From Mantamonas sphyraenae STR306 (taxonomy: Eukaryota > Protista > CRuMs): DNA of 64,000 nucleotides. The notes under the pieces were generated by a model. The model made no database searches and was not told the DNA's origin. It saw only the letters and a list, made by a program, of their open reading frames with translations. The position numbers and the translations under genes were made by a program. Every line of letters starts with the position of its first letter. Within the stretch, counting starts at the first letter, position 1. Shown here in pieces: positions 35,194 through 48,032 of this stretch. The stretch spans positions 186,001 through 250,000 of the forward strand of contig JAPMXV010000062.1 of assembly GCA_026936335.1 (NCBI GenBank). Reading direction: 5' to 3'.

Positions 35194-37439
35194 TTACTGG
35201 CAGAGGGCAAGGCCCTGCTGGGCGTAGAACACGACGTCCTTGTCCTTGTCCTCGTAGAGGGAGAGCAGGGCAGGCTTGATCTGCTGCTGGATGACGGCCG
35301 AGTCGACGAGGGGAATGACGACCGAGAGGGTCTTGGCCACGTTGAAGCGGATGTTGGGCACGTTGTCGGAAACCATGTTGAGCACGAGGGGCAGCATGGA
35401 CTGGCAGATGATGTCCGAGCCGACCACGCCAGCCAGCACGTTGATGGCAAACAGCGTGGTCATCCTGTACAAATAGTTGGGATGGGTGTACAGATTCAGA
35501 ACCTTGGGGATGATGTTCTGCTGCGCCCATTCCACACCGAAGATCTCGGTCAGCTGCTTGAGGTTGTTGGTGGCGGCCTCGCGGATGCAAAACACGCAGT
35601 CGCCGAGCCAAGTCATGCAGAGGTTGCCCAGCTTCTCGTCAAAGAACTCGACGCCGAGCTGATCGGCCAACAGCGGGATGTACTCGATGATGGCCAGGCG
35701 GACGCGCCATTGACGGTCGTCAGCGAGCTCCATGATGGCGGGCAGGAGGCTCTGAGACAGGAGGTCGATGCCGATCACCTCGTTCACCTGCGCGAGCTTG
35801 CTGATGATGTTGAGGCGCACCTCGGGCACTTCGTCCTTGAGGAGCTGCAGGAAAAGGGGCAGCAGGTTGTCGATGGTGTCGTCCTTGCCAAGCACGGGGG
35901 CCAGGCCGGAGATGACGCCGGCGAGGGCAGCGCGCACATGCTCGCTGGCATCGGTGGACAGGTCCTTGATGGCCGGCATGATCTGCTGAAGGATGGCGTC
36001 CGAGTCCTGGAGGATCTCGCAAAAGCCCGTGACCTTGCCTGCAGCCGACGTGCGCACCTCGGCTTCGGTGTCGCGCAGGAGCTTGATAAAGGCGGTGACC
36101 AGCTCGTCCTGGGTGATCTCGGCACCGAGGGAGCCGGCGAGCTCGCAAATCTGGTCGGCGACCATGTAACGCACACGCCAGCTCTTGTCCTCTGCACAGG
36201 CGCGCACAGTGGGCAGCACATACGTGATGTTCTCCTCAACGGAAAGCTGGCTAGAGAAGGCCACGCAGTTCTCCACGGCCAGGAGACGCACAGAGTCCTG
36301 TTCGTCGCCGGCGAGGAAGGTGAACATGGGCACGAGGTCTGCGATGATCGAGTCCTTGTCGTTCTCCTTGGCAAACTTGCCGAGGTGAGTGGAGGCGGCA
36401 CGGCGGACAATGGGCGTGTCGTCACGGCAGAGCGAGTTGAAGAGGGTGCGCAGCTCGTTGCCGTACTTCTCGTCGATCTTGTTGTAGAGAACGGCAAACA
36501 GGCCGCACGCAGAGGTGCGGGAAGTGAACCACTCACCCATGGCAAGGCGCTTGACCATGGGCAGGAACTTGGAGGTGAGGGTGTCGACAGGCAGCACTTC
36601 GGCAACGTTGCACAGCGACTTGACGGCCTCGTTCCTGACGGTGGTTTCTTCCACAGCGGCAAGGGTTTCCAGGGGCACCAGCAGGCAGTGAGCCTGGTCG
36701 GCGCCACCCACCATCTCCACAAAGTTGCCCAGCTCCTGTGCAAGCACGAGCAGCACCTCGTCCTCGTCGTCAATGGACTCTGTGTGGCGTGGCGGAACGA
36801 CACGTAGCGGAGGGAGGCGGAGAAACGCGTTAGGCGGGATTGGTCACCCAGAGGGTTTTTTGAAGTTGCTGTGCGACGGGCCGCTTTTTGGGCCGACCAA
36901 GGCGGCAGGGCGCCATGGATGGATAGGTGGATGCGCATGAAGATGGACACTGGGATGGGGCGGTATGTGGGACACACAAAGAAGGGCGCAGAGACAGAGC
37001 GGGAGCGTGCGAGGGGCGAGCTGGGGTGTGGCGAAAAAATGCGCGGGTGGAAATGGGACGGGACGAATGTGCGTGCGTGCTGGCAGGGAGCCAGAAGGAG
37101 AGGCAACCCGGAAGCAGGGGCAGGGGATAGACACAGAGTGTGTGTGTGGCGAGCGGGAATGGGCAACAGGCGAAATGCCACACATACCTGCAAGGAACGG
37201 GATGAGCTCGTCGCGGGTTCGGTCGGGCCCAAGAGCAACCGCAATGGTGCTGAGACGGCGCAGGCTGTTCAGGCGCAGCTGCACGTCCTCATTCTTCAGC
37301 TCGTCGATGAGAATGGCAATCGGGTAAAGGCTGTCGTCCTGGTCTTCAGCTGTGGGTGCGGCCAGATGGGTGGGGGACGGGCGTGGTTAGCGCAAGGCTG
37401 CAGGCCGAGAGCAAGCGAGGGAGGGGACGACGTACACAT
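35194..37439 (-). CDS. PPP2R1A: Protein phosphatase 2A scaffold (A/PR65) subunit; 4-nt first exon ATGT, two introns
   Basis: [65 protein letters not shown]. Confidence 0.97.
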
Positions 37440-38305
37440 GGCAAAAGCAAAGCAGTTTCGATGGCTCCCCTCGCGCACGCATGTCACTCTGTCGACACAT
37501 GGGGCACACTCTTGCGGGCAAACGAGGTCATGGGACTCCCTCCTGCCACGCGGTGGCCTCCATGCAGGTGGAGAGTGCACGAGGAGGCAAAGCGTGCAAA
37601 GAGGGCGCCCGAGTGCACACGGCGCCGTGCCGGCCATCCAAATCAAAAAAATCGCATGCGCCACCTATCAGGTCAGCAGGGCTTCGACAAACACGTCGCA
37701 CCTGTGTTACAGGGACGCTAGAACAACGCGGTGTTTGGTGCTCCAGCCCGTCAAGTTTTTGGCGGGTTTCGTTTCGGCCGCCTGCACGTTTTGTGCAGTT
37801 TTGCGGCCGCGGAGCACGTTCCACGGAGGCATTTCTGCCTCTGTTGCATCGTGGGGGCTGGCTCTGCCGGTTGTGCCTTGTTGCACGGCTGCTTGTCAGT
37901 CCTACCTTTTGTGTCGTGCTTCCGTGCCGGCTGCTCTTCACAGCCTCCGCGGCGCACATGCAGGTCACACTCTCGTGCGCTCTCTTCCTTTGTTCCACCC
38001 TTGTGCATGTGCCTTGTGCCGCCCAACCACTCTCCCTGTCCACCCTTGCCTCTTCCCGATTGCGTGCAATCCCCGTCGTGCGGCCGGTCGTGTGCGTGCA
38101 GAGCACACGGCAAGGCCCCCCACCGCCAAATACAACCCCCCCCGTTCCCGCCGCTCTTGTTCTCGATCTCTTGGCAACTCCCGCAGGCCATCCGTCTTGA
38201 GGGGCACGCACGCACACACACACACCGCACATACACTCGGCTCGCAATGCACTTTAGGCGTGTGCGTCGCAGGTGGCAAGACAAAAGTAACACACCCGGC
38301 CCGAC

Positions 38306-38962
38306 ATGTGGAAGTCGCTTGTGGACAAGGTGTCCAGTGTGTCGAATGAAGTGGAAAAGAGCGTGGGTAGCAAGGTGGACTCGCTGCGCAGGTCGGCCAG
38401 CACAGACGAGGTCGTAGGCAACGGCGCTCAAGGGAGCAGCAACACGAATCCTGAACGCGGACGCACAACCAGTCTGGCCTCTCTCACTCAGTTGCTGGGC
38501 GGTGGCAACAAGAACGAAGGCCCCACCTACCGAGACAGCGAGTATGTGGAGCAGGTGCAGGTACAGCAGGCCGGCGCAGAGGTCCTGCTACGCTACGACG
38601 ACGCCAAGAACGCCATCCACAACAACAACGTGCTGTTGGCTCAGCGCGGCGAGCAGCTGGACAAGCAAAGCGCCGCCGCCCTTGCACAGGCCAAACAAGT
38701 GTACACGCAGTGGCAGAACATGGACCACCAGCTCAAAAGCCTACCTGGCATGCAGAGCGACCTCGACAATGCCCTTGCCTCTGTCCAGTCCCTTGCTACG
38801 CGCCTGCAAAACCTCGAGGTCGAGATTGACGCCCTCTACGAAGCGCACGTCGACCGCGAACTGCAGGATTGGACGCGCGACAAGGAGCAAATGACGGAAT
38901 ACTATGTGCAGCTACAGCGAGACAAGCTCAAGCAAGCCCTACTGGACATGGACAAGCCGTGA
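38306..38962 (+). CDS. DTNBP1: Dysbindin-like (BLOC-1 subunit 8)
   Basis: AGAEVLLRYDD...IH...GE.LD...QL.SLP....DL pattern and coiled-coil length resemble dysbindin. Confidence 0.65.
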   Translation: MWKSLVDKVSSVSNEVEKSVGSKVDSLRRSASTDEVVGNGAQGSSNTNPERGRTTSLASLTQLLGGGNKNEGPTYRDSEYVEQVQVQQAGAEVLLRYDDAKNAIHNNNVLLAQRGEQLDKQSAAALAQAKQVYTQWQNMDHQLKSLPGMQSDLDNALASVQSLATRLQNLEVEIDALYEAHVDRELQDWTRDKEQMTEYYVQLQRDKLKQALLDMDKP

Positions 38963-39024
38963 AGCGTCGTTTCCGTGTCTCATTTTCCCTCTCCCACTCT
39001 CTTCTGCTCTCTCCCACTCTCCCG

Positions 39025-39991
39025 TCACGACGACTTGGCTTTGGGCGACGCAGGGACGTCGACGCCGGCAAAGTACGCGCGCAGTTTGCGTACGTGGGCT
39101 CCGTTCCACTTGAAGTTGAGCCAGATGAGTGTGGGCATGCCCGACACAAGCAGGAACTTGTTCCACAGGGCAGGTCGGTCCACATCCACGGCTGGGTATG
39201 CCACAGATTGACCAAGAGCGCCAGGTCCACCAGATGACGCGTCACAATCCACAGGAGCACCACAGAGAGCTGGTTCAACAGCCACAGAGGCGACGTGCTG
39301 TCCCCTTGCTTTGCCAGCACATACGACACCGTGTTGTTGATGATCACCGCCTCTTCAATCTCCATGGGCAGTGAAAACACAGCGCCGATGCGCACGTGGA
39401 TGGCCGACGGGATGATCACGAGGCCAAACCCGTGGTGCAGCATCATGATCCAGTCCCGCTTCGTCTCCACCCAATACACGCAACGCAGCAGCGTGTCCCA
39501 CATCACACATCCCCATTGAAAGCTCATGCTCACAAACAGCGCGTGCCGCAGCTCCTCCCTGCTAAAGTCTGCGTTCATGGCCGCCAGGTGCTCCCAGTCG
39601 CTCAGCACCAGCCGAATGCCCAGCTGTGCCACTGTGGCTGCCATCACACACGCTGCCACCTTTGAGCAAAACACAATGCGTGATGCCTCTGTGTGTGTCC
39701 ACCCTCTTGTTGGGTCAGTGGCCTGCGTGGTGCCGTCGAGCCAACGAGGAAAATCCGCGGCAGTGGTGCGTCGGCCATGCACTCGCCGCTCGCACCGCTC
39801 TCATGACGCAGCAACGCACCGTTGAAGCCCCGGTACCACTTGGTCCATCCAAACAACACGGGCGCAAGCATGTATGTCGCTTGCATGGCCACAAAGCCAG
39901 CCACTGCTGCGTACGGCAGCTCGATCGATTCGAGAAAGGCCAGCTCCCGGGCGTCCAACTCAAACATCGCCGACGGAAAAACAGTGGCCAT
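39025..39991 (-). CDS. TLC (TRAM/LAG1/CLN8)-domain membrane protein; one intron (~39796-39690); apparent frameshift at ~39169; start at 39991 or 39967
   Basis: Hydrophobic helices with WD..., MMLHH, ME, N..., ..TR, LN..W pattern typical of TLC domains. Confidence 0.7.
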
Positions 39992-40960
39992 GACGGGGCA
40001 GTCGCCGGCCAAACCCTGGCAGCAAAACCTACAAGCATCCTCATCTGCACCTGCCACCTCCTCCCTCCTCGCCTCCTCCTCCGCCTCCTCCTCCTCGGTA
40101 GGCCCAGGCAGCGGCGAGCCCAGCGGGCCACGTCGTTTCGAAGCACCCTCCTTCCGAGACGCCCAAACAGACGCAGGCAGCGCACACACACACAGCAGCA
40201 CGTACCCCCAGTATGGCTACGGTGGCACACACACACACAGGGTGGGTATGCGCCGTCCAGGGACCCCTACGGCACGCGCACGTGGTACGGCAACGCCTCC
40301 AACAGCTCCTTCAGCTCTCCGTACGCCTCCTCGGGCTACTACGGCAACGCAAACGCACGCTACGCAGCTGGCTCCGACCTCCTCTACCAGGACCCTTACA
40401 ACGCACACAACTACCGCGGTCTCCTGTGGCAAGACCAGCCCATGGGGCCCCAAGGCGACTCGATGCGAATGGACCTTGGCCCCGGGTCCCTCGTCGACCA
40501 GGCTGTCCATGAGGGACGCTCATGGATCAACGACGTCCAAGCCATTGTGCGCACCTTTGCAAAGCTCAGTCGCCTCGTCGAGATGAACTGCGACGCCATG
40601 CACGTCAGCCTCACCTCTTTCCTCCGTCTCAAGCAACACATGCAAGACCTGCAAAGCGAGGGAACAGGCACCATGCGCTCCTTTTCCCTCTTTCGCTTCC
40701 TGGAAGACCTCCTTCGAAGCTCCCTGGGCCTTGCTCCTCTCGACTCGCTGCCTCAGAATCCTCCATCCGCCACCGCCTCCTCCACCTCCTCATCGCTGTC
40801 CAGCGCACCCAACGCTTCCTCCGAACCCTCCCTTTTCTCCCTCGGCCTCGGCATCCTGTTTTTCTTCTACGGAGGATGGCACATTCTCCAGTGGTTTCGT
40901 GCAGGCCTGCGGCGGAACACCGTCCTTCCCGTCGACCCCAAGGTGTCTCCATCCAAATGA
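39990..40960 (+). CDS. PEX13: Peroxin PEX13-like (no SH3 domain); apparent frameshift in (CA)7 at 40226-40239
   Basis: N-terminal SPAKPWQ, YG-rich tract, amphipathic VQAIVRTFAKLSRLVEMN..AMH.S..FLRL helix, C-terminal TM. Confidence 0.7.
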
Positions 40961-41043
40961 CCTCCTCTTCACCAAACAATGACTGTACATCACCAACAAA
41001 TGAAAAACATCTTTTGAATTCCTGTCCGCTCCTTTCCCGCCAC

Positions 41044-42992
41044 TCAACGACGGTCAAACAGCTGCTGCGAGGCAATCTCGCCCAGGTACTTGTCGGGCAC
41101 TCCCTCACGACGCAGCTTCTCAATCTTGCGTGCCTTGATCCTTTCCCAGACGGTCCACCTCACGCTGCTCCTCCTCCTTCAGCTTGCGGCCCTCGTCAAA
41201 GAACTGGCGACGTTCGCGGCGCGCGTCCTCTTCCTTCTCGCGGATCTGCTCACGGATCGAGTCGGCCAGCTCCTTGCGCTTGGCTGCTTCATAGGCCCTG
41301 CGCCTCTGCTCCGCTTCCTCGATGCGCTTCTGCTCGGCAATCACACGGTCAAACTCTGCCTTCTCCTGCTGCGCCTCGTACGCCAGCTTGCGCTCCTTCT
41401 CAATGTGCTGTCGCTCGCGTGCCTCAGCCAGCTCCCGGTTGATGCGAGCCCGTCGCTGCGCAGCCTCCTGCTCGCGCCTGCGCATATCCCGCTCGTGCGC
41501 CTCCGCCGCACGGCGTGCACGCAGAGCATCCTGCTCCTCACGCATGTCCTGTGTCTTTTCCTGCATCGCACGCAGACGTGCCACCTCACGTTCCTTCTCC
41601 TGCTTGATGCGCTCCTGCTCCTGCATGTACTCCTCCTCGCGTGCCGCACGATCCGCAAGGTACTGCGCAATCTTCCGGTCCTCCTCCACCTCCTCCTCGT
41701 GCTGCTGCTTGCGTCGCTGGATCTGCTCGTAGTTGGCCTGTGCCACCTCGTAGTACAGTGCCTGCTGCGCATCTCGCTTCTTCTGTGCCTCCTCCGCCTC
41801 CTCCTCCTTCAGCTGCTCAATGTGCTTCAACACCATCTCCTTCTCCTGTTCCATCAGTTCCAGCTCACGCAGACGCTGCTCTTCTCGCTCTCGGATCTGC
41901 TCACGCGTAATCTCTGCGCCTCGGCGTCGCTCCTCCAGGCGCCTTGCTTCGCGCTCTTCGTACATCGCAAGTGCACGCTGGCGCTCCCTCTCCATCTCCA
42001 TGTCTGCTTCCAGCTCCGCCTCCTTCTCCGCCTCCTTCAGTGCCTGCTTCTCTTTGATTTGTGCGTCGCGGATGGCCACGCACTTGGCGTAGTTGGCCAG
42101 CTCGTTCATCGCCTTCACCTCGTCCAGGTCCTCCTCCAGCTTCTCTTCCGCCTGCGCCACAAGCACGCGGCTCTGCTCCCGTGCCTTGATGTCCACCTCA
42201 CTCTCCAGTTCCTTGCGCTTGCGTTCCTCTTCCAGGCGCAGCATCTTCTCCTTGCGCTCGCGTGCACGTTGCAGCTTTTCCTCCTCCAGGTGCGCTCGCT
42301 CGTCGTCGTCGTAGTCGCCCCCCGACGACGATGCCAGAGACTGTGTTGCGCACGTCCCCACATACCCACACGTATGGTCGTGCGCCCATGTGCGTTGTGC
42401 GTGTATGACCCCATGCGTACCCGTTCGGTGTCAGTTGCCTTGGAAACGGACCCCCGTTTCGGGTGCGCGCTGCACCCGTATTTCTAACGGTCGGCCCGGA
42501 GGGCTGCTCCGCACGCGTCCACACACCCTCAGCCACCCACACCGTGCCCACATCCCATAAGCCCATGTGTTTGCGTCTGCATTGGCCCCGTGTCCAACGC
42601 CCGTCCCTCTCCCAACCCTCACCACTCACCTGGATGCGGAAAAAATCGCGGTAGCCCAGCGTAACCGAGTCGACCACGTCCTGCGGCTTGGGATCGCCTC
42701 CACCGCGCAGCTTCTTGCGACCACTCTTCTTCGTGCCCGTCCTCTGGTTCTCCTTGCTGCCCTTGCTGTTCTTGCTGCGCGCAGAGTCGTCCCCGCCCGT
42801 CAACGACGCCAGCTTGCTGCTGCTGATGCCCTGGCCGGCTCGCGAGCCCGTGCGCCGTTCCTCAAACACCTTTTGTGCCTGCGATTCCCCAAACAGGGAC
42901 TCGTCCACGTGCGACCCGTTGCTCACTTTGCGGTACCGGCCTCCGCCCGATCGCGACGATCGTGTGCTGCGTGATCCCACCGATTCAGCCAT
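41044..42992 (-). CDS. CFAP45: Cilia/flagella-associated protein 45 (CCDC19); intron 42629-42341; apparent frameshift at ~41146
   Basis: S.VDESLFG, DEVKAMN....AKCVAIRDAQIKEK, EQDALRARR; conserved tail IKARKIEKLRREGVPDKY lies in the shifted frame. Confidence 0.9.
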
Positions 42993-43153
42993 GTGTGCGT
43001 GTTTTTGCTTGCCACGCGCAGCGCAGCGCACCTCTCACTTTGCCAAAACTGGCCCAAGAGACACCCGACGATGGAGACGATGACAAGAAGGGAAGAATTG
43101 GGACACAGAGGGGAACAGAGGAGACAACCGCAAGGGAAGCAATGGTCGAATTT

Positions 43154-44380
43154 TTAGTCGTCCTTGGCCTTGACGGTCTCTGTGCGACGCCAAAAAATGT
43201 ACGACGCGGTCAGGGCGATCAGGTAGAGGGGAAAGTTGGTCATGAGGCCCATGAGGTTGAGCCAAAGGTGGTACTCGACGGGACTGGCGTTGTCGTAGCG
43301 GTGGTAGAACTCAAACGGGATGTCCTTCCAGAACTCGTAGCCCATGTTGATGTTCAGGTAGTGCTCAGTACCATCCTGCATGATCATGTACTTGGGCGTC
43401 CACACGCGCGCCACAATGGCCACCGTGGCGTTGATCACCGTGCTCAGCAGGATCGAGCTCGCCGGGAAGCCACCGTTCACCGCAAGCACAAAAAACGACA
43501 TGGGCAGGAACCACACGTGGTGTGACGTCGTGATCAGCTCCACTGTCGTCGTTTCCTTCCACACTGTGCAACACAGTGCAGCTGTGTCAGCGCCTGCGTA
43601 CAAAAACGTGTCCCTCGCGCGCCACGCCACCCGCACCCATCACACTGGCCACTTACCCACGTATTCCGCCACGCCAAACGGGAACGTGCCGTTGTAGAAG
43701 TACGTCATGAGGTCGATCAGCCACACCGACTGGTCGGCAATCACAGTGACGATGCCCGCTCCTGTGACCGGGGACCCAAAGAAACGCCAAGAAGGGCAAA
43801 GCCACGTCAGCACCCAAAGCTTCCACGCTGCCATCATCTCTCCACACACACACACGCCTCTCTCCTGCATGCATCCTTGCTCGTAGCCTTCGTGGCACTG
43901 CACCACTCTCATACGTGCAAGAGCATCGGTGTGCTGCTGCTGCCACACGCGTGGGGGCCCAGGAACCGACCCGTTTCCCTTTCCGCCTGCGCCACACACG
44001 CCACACACGTTCCACGCACGCTGGCAACACCGTGCAGCCCGCCCTTCCACACGCCCAAACCTACCGATCACCAGCGGGCTCTTCATGAGCATGCCTGTGC
44101 CTACCACCAGAAGGGCAAGGTTGCACATCCACAGCATGTCGTACGCCCACGTCTCCACGCCCGTCACGTAGCGCAATCCGATGATCCCGGCGTAGTAGGC
44201 ATACATAAAGATGCCCATGGAGGTTGTCAACCCAGGGTATCGCCAGGCCACAGTGCTCAAGCTGCTTGCAGCACCTTCCTTTGCTTTCAATTTGCCACTC
44301 GTCGCCGTTGCCGTCGCCCCTCCCGACTTGGCATCTCTCACCGTCGTCGCGCGCCCTTTGCTTGTTGTGGAAGCAGCCAT
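43154..44380 (-). CDS. Uncharacterised multi-pass membrane protein (2 introns)
   Basis: Spliced hydrophobic ORF with LWMCN, DQSVWLID, FPFGVAEY, TSHHVWF, YLNIN motifs. Confidence 0.7.
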
Positions 44381-44523
44381 CTTGGATTGCGGAGAATGTT
44401 CGAACCGTGAGGTGGATTTGCTTGGCCAGGCATGGCAACGCCCGCTCGCTCTCTGCCAATCCTTTCTCCTTCCCCACAAACGCCCCCCCCCCCTCACACA
44501 CACACACACACACACACTGCAAC

Positions 44524-46561
44524 ATGTCGGACGACACCAGACGCCAGACTATCGATATCGGCAAACTCGACTTTGCCGTGACCTCGTTCCTGGAGGAAGA
44601 AGGAAACGGAAGCTTTGTCGACGAACCACCCATCCTCACAGGCCCATCCACCACGGCCGTGTCACAAGACGAGCTCGAGTACGGTCCCAACGCCAACGAG
44701 CAAGTCAACATGCCTCCAGCGCCACCTGCAGAGGAGGAGACGGAGGCGGACGAGCAGCAACCCGTGACCATCGACCCACAGGAGATCGACGACGGAGGCA
44801 GTGCCCCGTGGCAGATGACCAGCAACGTCAAAGCACAAAAGGAGGCCGAGCGTGAGCAATTGCGAGTCGAGGCGCAAGCAAAGACCGCCGCCGACGCGGT
44901 CGCGGCCGCTGAACAGCAACAGCGCTACAGCTCAGCCCAGGCCGACGCCATGCAGGAGGTCGACCTCATTAGCACCGCCTACTCCTCTGCCAACACTTCA
45001 GACTCGGGTGAAGCAGCCACCGCCCTCCTCAACACCTCCACAGACGCCAGCAGCAGCACCAGCAGCAGCAGCGACGACACCGCCCTCCTCAAAGACGCCT
45101 ACCTCCAGCGCGACGACCTCACCATGGAGGAGTACGATCGCGTGCGCGCCCCTTCCATTATGGAACAGGTGAGACATTGTTGCAAGCTGCAACCCATCCC
45201 TCCTCCTTCCCAGCAGCAAAGCCCCGTGACAAACTCACCGTTTCGTGTCCTCCATTTCTCACGACCCCCACCCCCCGTTTCCCACACAGACTGGCGAGCG
45301 CCTCGACGTCGAAGTTACCAAACCAGAAAAGAAACGCAGTGGTCTGTCGTCACATATGACATATCTGGTCACCACCAAGGTAGGTGGACCCCATTGATAC
45401 ACGCTTGGCCCTTTGGCTAACCCCGAGAGCGCCCACACCCATCTCGTGCACAGACCACCCTCTCCTTGTTCAAGGCCAAAGAATTCGAGGTTCGCCGCAG
45501 ATACAGCGACTTTTTGTGGCTGCAGGAGGCCCTAAAGGCCAACTATCTGGGCGTGCTGATTCCGCCCATGCCCGAGAAGCACAACCCGCTCACCCAGGAT
45601 GGCTTTGCCTCGGATTTCGTTGAGCGTCGTCGAAGACAGTTGGAAACGTTCCTGCGCCGCGTCGTCCACCATCCCGACCTGTACAAGAGCTACCAGGTGA
45701 AGATTTTTCTGGAAGGCGAAACCAGCGAGATGCAGGCCATCCGCAAGAAGCCCAGCAGCTCTGATCACAAAAAGGCACGCCGAGCGGCTGCTGCACCCAT
45801 GTCCACGTACAAACAATTCAAGACCGAGACAATCAAGGAGGATCCGGGTGTGCAGGAGCGCCTGTCAACGGCAAACGTGTACATGGACGGCCTCTTTGCC
45901 AAACTGGAGATGGTGCATGCCGCCACCACGGAAATGACCAATGCACGTCTCATGCTTGCCCACAGCATGCAACAGATGGGCGAGGCCATCAACACCCTGG
46001 GCTTGTTTGACGATGTCCACAGGGCCACCTTTGAAAAGTTGGCCCAGGTCAGCAGCTCCACTGCAAAGCTCACCTCGCTCCAAGCCGACAACGCCTCGTT
46101 CCTCTTTTGGTGACACCGTCAAGGATTGGATGAATGTGACCGAGCAGGCCCAAGAACTGCTTGCCAGCTACGACGAGGCTCAGAAGCGCTACTTTTATGC
46201 CAAGCAGCAGGTGGACAAGGCCATGAACGGCACCGCCTCCTCCCTGGAGAGCGCAAACAAGAAGCTCAACGTCGAAGACCAGAATCTCAAGCGTGTCAAG
46301 CACTCCATGTGGACCGAGCTCAACCGCTTCCACGAGGACAAGGGAAATGCCTTTGACTCGGCCCTGTTCAACTTTGTCAGCAGCGAGGTGGAGCACCACC
46401 AAAAGATGATGAGCTCGTGGCAAACACTGCTCACGCACATCAACGAACAGCGAGCTTCCTCATCCGACTCCTCCAACACAGGCGACGACGACACTGCAGG
46501 CGGAGACGACTCGGCAAAGGCCAACCGCACGTTGGATGGCATGGTGGACATTGACATGTAA
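44524..46561 (+). CDS. Sorting nexin (PX-BAR); 2 introns; apparent frameshift at ~46106
   Basis: VRRRYSDFLWL...LIPPMPEK...FVERRRRQLETFLRRVVHHP PX domain followed by helical BAR (ELNRFHEDK). Confidence 0.9.
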
Positions 46562-46639
46562 ACCGTGTGTGTGCTTGCACTCAATGTACTCAATACGCGC
46601 AAGGCGAAAAATTGAAAATTGGAATTGCATTGATTTCAT

Positions 46640-47866
46640 TCAGCAGCTGCAGCCGTTGTCTTCCTCGTCGGGCTCATCGTCGTTCTGCGAAAAGTCCACA
46701 ACGTCGTTGGGCTTCTTCACCGTAGACACAGTGTCGCTGATAAACTCTGTACCATCGTCGTGCAGGCGCCTGTCCATGGCAACCATGTAGCGCAGTAGCG
46801 TCTTGAGCGCACGCCGCACATCCACGCTGTCCTTGGCCGACACACGCATCCACTCACGAAACGGCGTCATGGGTCGGTCCTCCTCGCTCTCATCGGCCAC
46901 GCTGCTGCGCATCATGTCGCTCTCGATGTCTGTCCAGCGAATGTCGTTTGCCGGGTTCAGATCGCACTTGTTTGCCAGAAGCAGGCACGGGATAGGCACG
47001 CTCTCCTCGTCCTTGTACTTTTGCAGCGCTTCGTTGGGGTGGACCGCGTCGTTGGCGGTACTTCCCCCTTTGCTGCTGTTGCTTCCGCTGCTGCTGCTAC
47101 TGGACGCCTCTTTGGCCGCGTCATCGTCCTCAGACTCATCATTCCCCTCTTCGTCTGCACTACCCGTGCTGCTTGCCGTGCTCATCTGCGTCGCTGTGCC
47201 CAGGTACACCTGGTCCTGGCGCAGGAGCACCTTTTCGTCAATGTCCGTCTTCCAGCGGAACGCGTTGTCGTACGTCTTGCTCTGTGTAGAGTCAAACACC
47301 ACCAGTGCTCCACGTGCCTCTGTATAGAATACCTGTGCAGGTGCAGGTGTGGGCCGGGGCCACATGTCAGTCCGGCGTCCAGCCCGTTGACCCTCCACAG
47401 GCTCTCTGCCACAAAACCGGCATTCTGTGGGTCGCCGGCGTTCCACTTCCCGCCCAACCTACCCGTGTCATGGCTGCAAACCGCTCTTGTCCTGTGCGAG
47501 TGTGTCCAATGGCCATGCATTGATTGTGAGCAAAGTGTGAGTGCTTCCTGTAAACCTCGCAACCCGTGGCGCGGCTCCTTGTCTTGTGAAGAGGGTTCCA
47601 GGATGCAAACGGCCCCGGCCCTGCTTTGCAGCCGCCCTGTGGACATCCGCAACTGTTCACGCACCAGAAATGTCCCACAGATCCACACGGCACAGGGTTT
47701 CGTCGTCAAACTTGATCTTGATCACCTCAAAATCCACCCCAATGGTGGAACGATACTGCATTGAAAACTCGTTGCGGGTCAAGCGTCGGATCAGGGACGT
47801 CTTGCCCACACCCACATCGCCCACCACAAGCACCTTGTATGCCACTTCTCTCACTTCTGTCTCCAT
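46640..47866 (-). CDS. Rab32/38/7L1-family GTPase, divergent paralogue with acidic/Ser insertion; 2 introns; start uncertain
   Basis: GDVGVGKT, STIGVDF, WDIS|GQERFAAMTR|VFY, PCLLLANKCD, SAK, C-terminal CSC. Confidence 0.85.
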
Positions 47867-48032
47867 GCTGTCGATGTCGATGGGCTCCCGAAACGAAAAC
47901 CAACTCCCAGAAAGTGCTGCTCGCATGGGCGCAGCCCCATCCATGCCATCCCAGCCCTTGCTCACCGGCCGCGCGGCCCAGTAACGGTGCCAGCAAGGGG
48001 GAAACGGCAAGGGCAGCAGAGTCGGCACACAC

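Noticed and set aside
37738-37817. Hammerhead ribozyme or spliceosomal snRNA identity for the folded element
   Set aside because: The minus strand has GAAA but no CUGANGA core; no U1/U2/U4/U5/U6 signature or clean Sm site seen
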